Source: Candidatus Micrarchaeota archaeon
GTDB taxonomy: Archaea > Micrarchaeota > Micrarchaeia > Anstonellales > Bilamarchaeaceae
DNA length: 64,000 nucleotides
Assembly: GCA_040758595.1 (NCBI GenBank)
Contig: JBFLVJ010000008.1
Coordinates: 3,291-67,290, forward strand
Direction of reading: 5' to 3'
Shown piece after piece: positions 1 to 7,955 of this stretch. The notes under the pieces are model-generated. The model was not told where the DNA came from, searched no databases, and saw only the letters and a program-made list of their open reading frames with translations. Within the stretch, counting starts at the first letter, position 1. Each line of letters opens with the position of its first letter. The translations under genes and the position numbers were made by a program.

Positions 1-224
1 GGATTGCTCCTGTCAAGGCCGTAGCGTTTGGTCCTCCCGACCGTTTCCATCCTCAATACCCCTGCTTCAAGCAGCTTGTGGAGGCCGTCGAAGAGGCTCT
101 TTTTCGCCATCTTCAGCTCTTTTCCGAGCTGCTCTGCATACATCGTGGCTGTAGGCCTCTTGAGAAAATATCTCAAAAGCTTCAAAACGGTCTTCTTCCC
201 AAGTAGTTCAAATATTTGAACCAT
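1..224 (-). CDS. Winged-helix DNA-binding protein, N-terminal part (gene runs off the window start)
   Basis: My own reverse-strand translation from the ATG at 224-222 gives MVQIFELLGKKTVLKLLRYFLKRPTATMYAEQLGKELKMAKKSLFDGLHKLLEAGVLRMETVGRTKRYGLDRSN... This has an HTH/wing pattern similar to ArsR/MarR. The frame is open to position 1. It is absent from the ORF track because it is truncated. Confidence 0.5.
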   Translation of the reverse strand, partial: MVQIFELLGKKTVLKLLRYFLKRPTATMYAEQLGKELKMAKKSLFDGLHKLLEAGVLRMETVGRTKRYGLDRSN

Positions 225-274
225 ATAGTTCACTATTTTATACAGTGGTTCATATTTTTAAACCTTATAGTTCA
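206..274 (-). promoter_or_regulatory. Candidate operator/promoter: four phased GTTCA boxes plus a 16-nt perfect palindrome at the wHTH gene start
   Basis: GTTCA occurs at 206, 228, 248 and 270, a spacing of about 21 nt or two helical turns. GTTCAAATATTTGAAC (206-221) is a perfect palindrome. AT-rich TATA-like stretches (TTTTATAC, TTTTTAAA) lie between the boxes. Confidence 0.3.
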
Positions 275-284
275 AAAAATTATA

Positions 285-668
285 CTAAAACTCATCCAGC
301 CTCTTCCCCAAAGAACTGGCGTTGGTCCAGTTGATGCCGAAGCTCTTCTCGCTTTCCTTGAACAAGGAAAGAGACAGGAAATACCATGACTTCCGGTTCC
401 TCCTCCATCCGATGTAGCAGGTGATGCCGCTCACGTCCTCCCATCTCTTGAGGTTCTCGAACTGCTCCCGGTCTATGTTCAGGTTCTCCTTCTCTATGGC
501 TTTCGCTTCTATCCCGAACTGGCTCCCCCTCCTGAAGACAAGTATGTCCGGGCTGAGGGAATTCACTCCGCTCCCTGCCGCCCTGATGACGCAGAAACCT
601 TTGCCGGAGAAATGGTCTATGAGCTCCCGCTCGGCCCGGGAACCCTTGCGATATGAGAGCATGAACAT
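285..668 (-). CDS. hjc: Holliday junction resolvase Hjc
   Basis: Hjc-like pattern: SYRKGSRAERELIDHFSGKGFCVIRAAGSG...PDILVF...IEAKA...NIDREQFENL. The internal Met (MFMLSYRKG) was chosen as start because the upstream extension would overlap the receiver gene that ends at 700. Confidence 0.8.
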   Translation of the reverse strand: MFMLSYRKGSRAERELIDHFSGKGFCVIRAAGSGVNSLSPDILVFRRGSQFGIEAKAIEKENLNIDREQFENLKRWEDVSGITCYIGWRRNRKSWYFLSLSLFKESEKSFGINWTNASSLGKRLDEF

Positions 669-699
669 GATTCCGGAGCATGCGTTAAAAACATGTGCC

Positions 700-1215
700 T
701 CAGCCGGATAGCGCGTCTCCGAGCGCCGCGACAAGCTTTTCGAATTCCACCGGTTTCCGCATCACGCAGAACGCTCCGGCGGCTTCCATGGCATCCCGGT
801 CTTCGTCCGTCGCGCCGCCGCTGAGGATTATGACTTTAGCATTCGGGGATGCACCTCTTATCTCCTTGAGCATCTCAAGGCCGTTCATCTCGGGCATGTG
901 CATATCGCTTATCACAAGATCCGCCCCATACGATATGAAGGCATCCGAGCCCTCCTTCCCGTTACGGGCCATTCTCACGATATATCCCTCTAAAACCAGG
1001 ATCCTCTCCAACAACCTCCGGACGGCCGGGTCGTCGTCCACGACAAGGATGCTCCTGCGCTTGATGGGCGGTTCCCGCATCGGGTCCCTCTTCGGTGAAG
1101 GTTTCCTTCCCAATGCCGCAAGCTTCGTTGGCGTCAATGTTACTGGGGGCATACAATCCTCCTTTTTGGCACAATATAAATAAATGGCTTCCTTTTGCGT
1201 TCTGCCGCAATTCAT
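700..1215 (-). CDS. CheY-like response regulator, receiver domain only
   Basis: ILVVDDDPAVRRLL...DLVISDMHMPEMNG...VIILSGG...VMRKPVEF carries all canonical receiver residues (DD, D, S, K). The start at 1215 forms an ATGA overlap with the upstream gene's stop. An alternative start lies further in, at MREPPIKR. Confidence 0.8.
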   Translation of the reverse strand: MNCGRTQKEAIYLYCAKKEDCMPPVTLTPTKLAALGRKPSPKRDPMREPPIKRRSILVVDDDPAVRRLLERILVLEGYIVRMARNGKEGSDAFISYGADLVISDMHMPEMNGLEMLKEIRGASPNAKVIILSGGATDEDRDAMEAAGAFCVMRKPVEFEKLVAALGDALSG

Positions 1216-1652
1216 GCAGGTTTCCGGAGGATCCCAGAGACCGCTCTCTTCATGCTGTCTATTCCCTCCTCCCATCTCATGAATCCGTCAACATCCACGG
1301 GCGCGCCAGGCAGGCTGTCTAGGAGCATGAACCTCGTTTCGGGGCGGTTCCCTCTCACCCACCGTAGCAGCTTCATGCCATCACTATCCTGCCGCATGTC
1401 GATGTCGCTGATGACAAGGTCGATATGGATGCCGCGCAGCACCTGCATGGCACCGTCCAAATCGCCTGCGACGCTTGCGAACGCATTCCCTGAAAGGGCG
1501 TCGGACAGGCGCTCTCCCAGCTTTTCGTTCTTGCATACGATGAGGATGATCGGTTCTTTCTTGGATGTTACCCTGTCTGGCTCTGGTTTTTCGGCCCTGA
1601 AAGGCTTTCCCTTGCCTTCTTTCACCGGCTGTGTTTTTTGCATCGGCATCAT
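1212..1652 (-). CDS. Divergent receiver-like (REC) domain protein
   Basis: PIILIVCKNEKLGERL...DLVISDIDMRQDSDGMKLLRWVR...FMLLDS...ILRKPA has a receiver-fold pattern. The N-terminal acidic pair is replaced (CK instead of DD). Its start overlaps the GTPase stop (TAATG). Confidence 0.6.
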   Translation of the reverse strand: MMPMQKTQPVKEGKGKPFRAEKPEPDRVTSKKEPIILIVCKNEKLGERLSDALSGNAFASVAGDLDGAMQVLRGIHIDLVISDIDMRQDSDGMKLLRWVRGNRPETRFMLLDSLPGAPVDVDGFMRWEEGIDSMKRAVSGILRKPA

Positions 1653-2398
1653 TATTTTATCACCGGTGCCTCTGCCATCATCTTCAGCAGGTGCATGGCC
1701 ACCCTGGTCAGGTCAGGCTCCCCTCCTTTGAGCAGCCATCCCCTCCTCTGCGCTATCCGCGTGAGCACATCTCCGCTGTCCGCAGCGCCCTCCAGGTCTA
1801 TATCATAGCTCTTCTCCAGCCATGCCCTCAATACAGGCGATCTCAGGGCCTTCTGGGCGAACTTGTAGGCATATCCTTCCCGCTCCGCAGTCACGTTGAG
1901 CGCGCCTTTCCTCAGCATCTCGGATTCGGGTTCGCTTCGGGGGAAAACCCCGCGGTAATCGCTGACCATCAGGCCCTCGTCTATCCTCACCCACTGGATG
2001 TTCCTGGTGGTCCCGGCCACATGGGAGACCTTCGCGGCCTTACGGTTCGCGAGCATGTTGATGAGCGAGCTCTTTCCCACGTTCGGATATCCTATCAGCA
2101 GCGCCTTAACGGGCCTCTTCTTGGCCTTCGTCATGATGGCTTCCAGCACGGCCTTCCTCTCTTCAGGAGCCCTGTTCTTGGCACTGACTGTGAGTATCCC
2201 CTCGGGCAGCTTCCCTTCAGGGCAAAGATCGCTCTTGTTCGCTATCTTCAACAGCCTTGCAACTCCCGACCATCGCTCGGCCAGGGGTATCCTGGTGCCG
2301 TCGATGTCCCTGGCATCGAGCACTTCCACTATGACGTCGGCCCCGTGGATCATGTCCTTGACTTTTTTCCAGGGCTCGGTCAGCTTTTTCCCCATCAC
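1652..2398 (-). CDS. Circularly permuted ribosome-biogenesis GTPase (YlqF/RbgA/MJ1464-like)
   Basis: Motif order is G4 (NKSD) ... G1 (GYPNVGKSSLIN) ... G2/G3 (GTTR...DYRG), the typical permuted order. The N-terminus ADVIVEVLDARD fits the family. Confidence 0.8.
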   Translation of the reverse strand: MMGKKLTEPWKKVKDMIHGADVIVEVLDARDIDGTRIPLAERWSGVARLLKIANKSDLCPEGKLPEGILTVSAKNRAPEERKAVLEAIMTKAKKRPVKALLIGYPNVGKSSLINMLANRKAAKVSHVAGTTRNIQWVRIDEGLMVSDYRGVFPRSEPESEMLRKGALNVTAEREGYAYKFAQKALRSPVLRAWLEKSYDIDLEGAADSGDVLTRIAQRRGWLLKGGEPDLTRVAMHLLKMMAEAPVIK

Positions 2399-2450
2399 AT
2401 CCCCTCTATCCTATGTTCGCTTTATAATCATTCTTTGGGAATATCGACCT

Positions 2451-3215
2451 ATGCTCGACCGCACCTTCCTCCATCTCCCAGGTTACAGCTACCGCAGGGA
2501 GCGGAGGCTATGGAGCCGCGGCATTTTCGGATGGGACGACTTCATAGACAGGTTCAGGGACTCGCGGTTCCACAGGGCCCAATGCGCAACCCTGGAGTCA
2601 TCGCGGAACGCACTGGCCCATTCGGACGGCAACTATTTCGGCGACCTGCTTCCCAGGGAGGAGGCGTGGAGGGCGTTCCCCCATTTCAAGCGCATCGCTT
2701 ATCTGGATATCGAGACCACCGGCCTGGCCCCGCAGAACGACCATCTGACGGTGGTCGGCATCTTCGACGGCAAGGATACGCACAGCTACATCCACGGGAA
2801 GAACATGGAGCAGTTCGCCAAGGACATCTCATCCTACGACATGGTGGTGACATTCAACGGTTCCATGTTCGACATACCTTTCCTGAAAAGCCATATCCCG
2901 GGCCTGAAGATGCCGAGGCTCCATGCCGACCTGCGCTTCATCCTCGCTTCGCTGAACGTCCGCGGAGGGCTGAAGAGGATAGAGCAGCAGTTCGGGCTTG
3001 AGCGAGAAGACGACCTCAAGGGCATGAACGGCTATGACGCCGTGCTCCTCTGGAGGCGATACCGGAAAAGCGGGGATGAAGGCGCCCTGGACAAGCTGGT
3101 GCGCTACAACGCGGCCGATATCTCCAACCTGAAAGCGCTGATGGGATGGGCTTACAAGGAGAAGCGGGGAAGGACCGGCTTCGATGATATCCTCCGTGCG
3201 ACGGTCCGGGATTGA
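2451..3215 (+). CDS. RNase H-fold 3'-5' exonuclease-like protein (YprB/RNase_H_2-like)
   Basis: YLDIETTGL...VVTFNGSMFDIPFL...YNAADISNL has DEDD-type exonuclease-like motifs. The start was moved to ATG 2451 (MLDRTF...) because the 5' part of the listed ORF is antisense to the GTPase gene. Confidence 0.65.
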   Translation: MLDRTFLHLPGYSYRRERRLWSRGIFGWDDFIDRFRDSRFHRAQCATLESSRNALAHSDGNYFGDLLPREEAWRAFPHFKRIAYLDIETTGLAPQNDHLTVVGIFDGKDTHSYIHGKNMEQFAKDISSYDMVVTFNGSMFDIPFLKSHIPGLKMPRLHADLRFILASLNVRGGLKRIEQQFGLEREDDLKGMNGYDAVLLWRRYRKSGDEGALDKLVRYNAADISNLKALMGWAYKEKRGRTGFDDILRATVRD

Positions 3216-3250
3216 CTAGTTTTAATAAATCTGCGGAATCAGTAAAGCGC

Positions 3251-4345
3251 ATGAGAGGCTATATCGCTCTTTTCCTGATGGCTATCCTCGCGGCCGGCTG
3301 CGCCCAGCCCGAGGCGACTGCGGACGAAAACCGGGTTGGAGACGGAGTCACGACCGAACCGATACAGGAATGCATCGGACCGGTCTGCGGCATCGATGGC
3401 CTGACCTACGCAACCGACTGCGAGGCCGAGGTAGCCGGAGCGGAAGTGGATCACATGGGCGCTTGCCTGGAGATAGAGACGTGCTCTGACAGCGACGGGG
3501 GCATGGACGTCACCGTGGCCGGCACGGTCTCGAAGGGCGATCAGAGCCATGATGATTATTGCGATGGTGAAGGCCGCCTGCAGGAATACAACTGCGTGGA
3601 CAACTCCATGACCGCCATAGCGTTCGAGTGCGCCGATGGCCAGGAATGCATGGACGGAAGATGCGTGGAAGCCGAGCCTGAAGCGCCTGTCGATGAGACC
3701 CCGGTCGTGGAGACGACCGGCTGCCATGGGCCTTACGATCCAGACATCTACTCAAGGGATTCGGCCACCCACAACGGGACCGAATACGCTGACGAGTGCA
3801 TCGAGTTCGATGTCGTCAAGGATTATATATGCCGCGACGGGAAACTCGAGACCCTCAACAACGAGTGCCCGCCCGGCTTCGGGTGCAACCAGGGCCTCTG
3901 CGAAGAGCAGCCCTATATCTGCAATGAGGCCGACCTCGGCAACGACACCTCGACCCGTAGCAGGACCTATGTCAGCCGCGGCCTCAACGTGGTGTTCGAC
4001 CAGAGCGACGAGTGCGTCGATATCGCCACGATCAAGGAACACTATTGCCTCCTCAACGGCACGGCCGCCACCCAGGAGTTCGAGTGCGGCAGCGGGATGA
4101 AGTGCCTCTCCGGAAAGTGCGTGAAGAGCAAGTGCAGCGAGACGGATGGCGGCCTGGATATCTACAAGAAGGGAACCACCAGCGCCTCCGGCGTGGAAGA
4201 GGAGGACGAGTGCATCACTGACTATGAGGTACGGGAGTACTACTGCCACGGGGATGAGGTCTATAGCAAAATAACCCATTGCGGCGAAGGCTTCATCTGC
4301 AGCTCCAGCAATGACAAGTGCGTGGAGGGCAGCATCGAGGATTGA
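3251..4345 (+). CDS. Secreted Cys-rich lipoprotein: Kazal-like domain followed by four ~65-aa Cys modules
   Basis: Signal plus lipobox: MRGYIALFLMAILAAGC. Kazal-like pattern: CIGPVCGIDGLTYATDCEAEVAGAEVDHMGAC. Four repeats follow the pattern C.(D/E).D.G.D.....G......D.C......(E)Y.C........C..G..C..G.C. Confidence 0.7.
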   Translation: MRGYIALFLMAILAAGCAQPEATADENRVGDGVTTEPIQECIGPVCGIDGLTYATDCEAEVAGAEVDHMGACLEIETCSDSDGGMDVTVAGTVSKGDQSHDDYCDGEGRLQEYNCVDNSMTAIAFECADGQECMDGRCVEAEPEAPVDETPVVETTGCHGPYDPDIYSRDSATHNGTEYADECIEFDVVKDYICRDGKLETLNNECPPGFGCNQGLCEEQPYICNEADLGNDTSTRSRTYVSRGLNVVFDQSDECVDIATIKEHYCLLNGTAATQEFECGSGMKCLSGKCVKSKCSETDGGLDIYKKGTTSASGVEEEDECITDYEVREYYCHGDEVYSKITHCGEGFICSSSNDKCVEGSIED

Positions 4346-4346
4346 C

Positions 4347-4808
4347 ATGGAGCTTTATCTGGTCCAGCATGCTGAAGCCAAAGCGGAAGAGGAGGACCCC
4401 GACCGCCCGCTCACCAGGCGCGGCAGGGAAGAGGCCGGGGCGGTCGCCAGCAGGCTCGCTGGATCAGGGATGCGGGTGGACCATATATTCCACTCTCCGA
4501 AGCTCCGCGCGATGCAGACGGCTGACATCTTCAACACTCACCTCAAGTCGCATGCGACCGAAGCGGAAGGACTCAAGCCGATGGACGAGCCGAAGGCGGC
4601 GCTGCGGCTGATAGAATCCGCATCAGGGAGGGGGGAGAGCATCATGATTGTCGGCCATATGCCGCACCTCTCGAAGCTCGCATCCCTTCTGCTCTCCGGG
4701 AGGGATTCGCCGCCGCTGATATCGTTCAGGATGGCTGCCGTCATATGCATGGTCAAAGAAGAGAGCGGCTGGCAGGTCAAGTGGATGCTTCCGCCAGAGC
4801 TAGCCTGA
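4347..4808 (+). CDS. sixA: Phosphohistidine phosphatase SixA-like (histidine phosphatase superfamily)
   Basis: MELYLVQHAEA...RPLTRRGREEA...HIFHSPKLRAMQTADI...IMIVGHMPHL. The usual RHG motif reads QHA here: His is kept and Arg is replaced by Gln. Confidence 0.7.
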   Translation: MELYLVQHAEAKAEEEDPDRPLTRRGREEAGAVASRLAGSGMRVDHIFHSPKLRAMQTADIFNTHLKSHATEAEGLKPMDEPKAALRLIESASGRGESIMIVGHMPHLSKLASLLLSGRDSPPLISFRMAAVICMVKEESGWQVKWMLPPELA

Positions 4809-5198
4809 TCCTATCTTGCCTGCGGTCCCGTCCACCCGGACTATGTCGCCGTCTTTCAGCATGGAATAGATGTCTCCTTCAGGCTTGTCCACCATCGGTA
4901 TGTTCGATATTATGGCACCCACGGCGATTATCGGTTCCGCGCTCACATTGATTATGGCGGCGGGCGCCTTCCCGTTCTTTGCGAGTTGCAGCATGACATA
5001 AGAGCCGACCGTGGAGCCCTTCCCGTTCGGGAACACCAGCACCTTCCCAGCGACGTTCTTCCCTTCCAGCGGATGGCCTTTCTCGATGACCTCTCCGGTC
5101 GCCGGATCCACTCCTCCGAGGAAACCGATGGGTTCCCTGCTGATTAGCGCCTCGCCTTCCACGACTCCCTTTGATATCGCCCTCGCTTTCATCTCCAT
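4800..5198 (-). CDS. Aconitase X swivel-domain protein (DUF126), putative phosphomevalonate dehydratase small subunit
   Basis: MEMKARAISKGVVEGEALISREPIGFLGGVDPATGEVIE...GKVLVFPNGKGSTVGSYV matches the DUF126/AcnXS pattern. It lies directly downstream of the DUF521 gene and overlaps it. Confidence 0.8.
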   Translation of the reverse strand: MEMKARAISKGVVEGEALISREPIGFLGGVDPATGEVIEKGHPLEGKNVAGKVLVFPNGKGSTVGSYVMLQLAKNGKAPAAIINVSAEPIIAVGAIISNIPMVDKPEGDIYSMLKDGDIVRVDGTAGKIGSG

Positions 5199-5203
5199 GA
5201 ATA

Positions 5204-6382
5204 TCACCTGTACAGTATGTCCTCCAGATCGCCGAATGCCACCTTCTGCTTGCACAGGCTGGGGAGATATACCGCAGCCTTTCCGGAGTCGGTCCCGGTG
5301 GTGACATACCCCATCCTCTCAAGGGGGCACACCACCATGCAGGTGTCCGCCACCACCCTCCCGCCTGCAGAGGATATGGCTGCGGAATAGCCGAGCTTCT
5401 CGGCTTCCTCCTTGGTCTTCCTGGCCGTGCAGACCCAGAACTCGCAGGTGGGTGTCCTCTGCGCCACCATATCCGCCACCCGCTTTATCTCATCAAGAGA
5501 GGCGTGCGGGCATCCGATCGTCACAAGATCGGGCTTCTGCCCTTCGTCCATCTGCGCTTTGGCCTCGTCCAGATCCTCCTGGGTGAATGCGATCCTCTCA
5601 GCTCCATCGGCTATCCGCCATTCCGGTGTGATGCCCTCCACGAAGAAGAGCGGGACAGAGCCGCTGGCGGCCATGGAAGCCCCTAGCACTTTCAGCTGTG
5701 CCTCGTCTGCCTTCTTTATGCCGGTGAATGCCGGATACCTCCGTTTCGCTTTCTTCCCGACCGCCCAGCCGAGCGCTCCGAAATCGGCGATGCCGCCCAG
5801 CCTGCACCGGACATCCACGACCATGTCTGCCTTGCGGTCCTCTTCGATATGCAGCCCATAGAACGGCGTCACCCCGCATATGGCCGCCGCGAGCGCGGAA
5901 GGCCCGCCCTCCCGGTTGGTTTTCGCTCCCAGTACCGAGTTGGCGAACGCCACGGCGCTTGATTCGGCCCATGCCACGTGCTCCCCTTTTTTCGGCCTTA
6001 TCCCGACGAAATAGGGGGCGCAGGTGCAGGTCTTGGATATCCCCATCCTTGAATATGCGTCCAGGACCTCCATCTGCTTGATCGCGAAATCCTCGGGTAT
6101 CTTCATCTCTCTCCATTGCTCGCGGTCCATGCCGGCCGGATTCAGGAATGTGTTCACTTTGACCCTGGCCCCTCTGGCCGCGAGATCCGCAAGGTATTCC
6201 AGCCCCGCCTGCCCGATGGTCTTGTAGGACACTCCGGAGACCTGCACGCTGGAGACGGGTATCATCCTCTCGGCCCCGTATATTTTTCCCAGCGCCACCA
6301 GTATCTCCATGGACTGCCGGGCGGCCTCGCCCATCTCCCCATCGAACATGGCCTGCTCTTCATCAGCGAGTATCATCAGCAT
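5204..6382 (-). CDS. Aconitase X catalytic-domain protein (DUF521), putative phosphomevalonate dehydratase large subunit
   Basis: 392 aa. The N-terminus LADEEQAMFDGEMGEAARQSMEILVALGKIYGAERMIPVSSVQVSG and overall length fit DUF521/AcnX. It is paired with DUF126. Confidence 0.85.
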   Translation of the reverse strand: MLMILADEEQAMFDGEMGEAARQSMEILVALGKIYGAERMIPVSSVQVSGVSYKTIGQAGLEYLADLAARGARVKVNTFLNPAGMDREQWREMKIPEDFAIKQMEVLDAYSRMGISKTCTCAPYFVGIRPKKGEHVAWAESSAVAFANSVLGAKTNREGGPSALAAAICGVTPFYGLHIEEDRKADMVVDVRCRLGGIADFGALGWAVGKKAKRRYPAFTGIKKADEAQLKVLGASMAASGSVPLFFVEGITPEWRIADGAERIAFTQEDLDEAKAQMDEGQKPDLVTIGCPHASLDEIKRVADMVAQRTPTCEFWVCTARKTKEEAEKLGYSAAISSAGGRVVADTCMVVCPLERMGYVTTGTDSGKAAVYLPSLCKQKVAFGDLEDILYR

Positions 6383-6410
6383 GATATCGGAAGAAAGGAG
6401 ATAAAATGGA

Positions 6411-7925
6411 TTACGGCTCTATGGTCGGGTGATAGGAACCTCCGAAATAGCCTCCATCGGGCAGTTCCCCTATCTCGCCCGGTTTAGGATCCTCAGGTCC
6501 AGGCTCTGAGTATACGATCTCTTGCACGACGTCCCGGTACTCAGGCGGCAACCCTTCTTCAGGGACGGGCTCCACGAACTCGCCGGCCGGGCTGAGAGCA
6601 TCGTACAGGCCGAACATGATGTTATAGAAGCCGAACCTTATGCCGTTGAACAGGCCTTCGCCATCCACATCTATCCTGCCTGCGGAGAGCGCCTGTTGTA
6701 TGCTCATGTCCTCGCTGGCCAGCAATGACATGGTCATCCTGTCCGTGCGTACGGTGACCGTAGGATCGCCGAGGGCTCCCTCTCCATAATCTGTCACGGC
6801 CCCGCCCTTGGTCACCAGGTAGCCGCCATCCCCCTCTGCGGTCTCGATGTTTATCCTCTCATCGCTGAAAAAGCCGCCGATGAACGGCGCGTCCACCAAA
6901 TCTTCCTCATAGAAGCCCGCGCTGCGTTCCACGAAAGAGCGGATTGCGTGGTCGCACTCCAGGTTGCCCCGGATGTTGGCCGGGTCGCGGCAGGTATCCT
7001 CTATGACTACCGTCTGCTTCACGCAGTCCCAGCAGCCGGTCTGGTAGTTCTTGTAGCAGGCCGAATCCGCTCCGCAAGAATCCTGGCATGATGCCTGGTC
7101 CAGGTATTCGCCATCGGCCGCTATGCACAATGGTGCGAAGCAGCTGCAGCAGACCGGACAGCATGAGGCCCCGGAGCCGCATCCGGTCGGCTCCGCGAAC
7201 GGGTCGCATCCCTCCCCCTTACCGGCCTCTATCTGCCCGTTCCCGCAGCAGCACCTGTCAGGGCAGGCATCGGCGCCGCATATATCGTCCGCTATCTCGT
7301 CGAGGTTCGCCTGCGTGGGCTCGGAACCGGCACCGGACGTCCTGGACATTATGCCGCCATCGCCGTCTTCCAGTCCCATCATATGGCCCGCCTCATGGGC
7401 GAAATCCTTGTAGTGCTCCCCGCCGGGATTGTCCGGGTCCACGGGTCTGCTCATCTGGTCGGACCACCAGCCGTTCTGGCTGTTCCCGCCGTTGCCGTTC
7501 GCCACTCCGTACATATATCCCATGTAGAACGACGCGCCCTGGAGATCGGACTGGTTTCTGGGGGGATTGGCGTAGCTTCCGTCGGGCTTGAAATAATCCG
7601 TCACCATGACGCAGTGATATCCCGGCGGACCTGGATTGCAGTTCACCTGGCTGGCATCGGTTATCTTCATGGTCACCACGTCGAACGTCATCGGGCACTT
7701 GCAGTCCCCTACGGTCCTGAAGCCGTCCGGACCGTTCCATGTATCTTCGATCTCTTTCTCCGCCCGGCTGATGTAATCGTCGGAAGCGCCGGAGAACGCT
7801 ATCTTCAGCGTTATCGCGAGCTCGCAATCTCCCTTCGTACAAGTCGTCTCAGCGAATGAGAGCGGACTCAGGAGAATGATCAGGCCGGATATCCAGAGCA
7901 TACGCACCGCGCAAGAACGATCCAT
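6411..7925 (-). CDS. Secreted zinc metalloprotease-like protein with a Cys-rich middle region and an SCP2-like C-terminal domain
   Basis: Signal peptide: MDRSCAVRMLWISGLIILLSPLSFA. HEAGHMMGLED (7365-7397) is an HExxHxxGxxD motif as in snapalysin-type metzincins. Dense Cys stretch: CPDRCCCGNG...CCPVCCSCFAPLC. The segment MSLLASEDMSIQQALSAGRIDVDGE resembles SCP2. Confidence 0.65.
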   Translation of the reverse strand: MDRSCAVRMLWISGLIILLSPLSFAETTCTKGDCELAITLKIAFSGASDDYISRAEKEIEDTWNGPDGFRTVGDCKCPMTFDVVTMKITDASQVNCNPGPPGYHCVMVTDYFKPDGSYANPPRNQSDLQGASFYMGYMYGVANGNGGNSQNGWWSDQMSRPVDPDNPGGEHYKDFAHEAGHMMGLEDGDGGIMSRTSGAGSEPTQANLDEIADDICGADACPDRCCCGNGQIEAGKGEGCDPFAEPTGCGSGASCCPVCCSCFAPLCIAADGEYLDQASCQDSCGADSACYKNYQTGCWDCVKQTVVIEDTCRDPANIRGNLECDHAIRSFVERSAGFYEEDLVDAPFIGGFFSDERINIETAEGDGGYLVTKGGAVTDYGEGALGDPTVTVRTDRMTMSLLASEDMSIQQALSAGRIDVDGEGLFNGIRFGFYNIMFGLYDALSPAGEFVEPVPEEGLPPEYRDVVQEIVYSEPGPEDPKPGEIGELPDGGYFGGSYHPTIEP

Positions 7926-7955
7926 GGCCTGCTTTGAAAGTGAAAATTAAAAAAA

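Noticed and set aside
285-734. Full 149-aa Hjc ORF starting at 734
   Set aside because: The first 22 codons overlap the receiver gene's 3' end. Hjc-like sequence begins near MFMLSYRKG, so the shorter form was preferred.
1631-3001. 456-aa ORF on the + strand
   Set aside because: It is antisense to the well-supported GTPase gene and out of frame with the exonuclease-like gene. The Arg/Pro/Gly/His-rich composition is typical of shadow ORFs in G+C-rich DNA.
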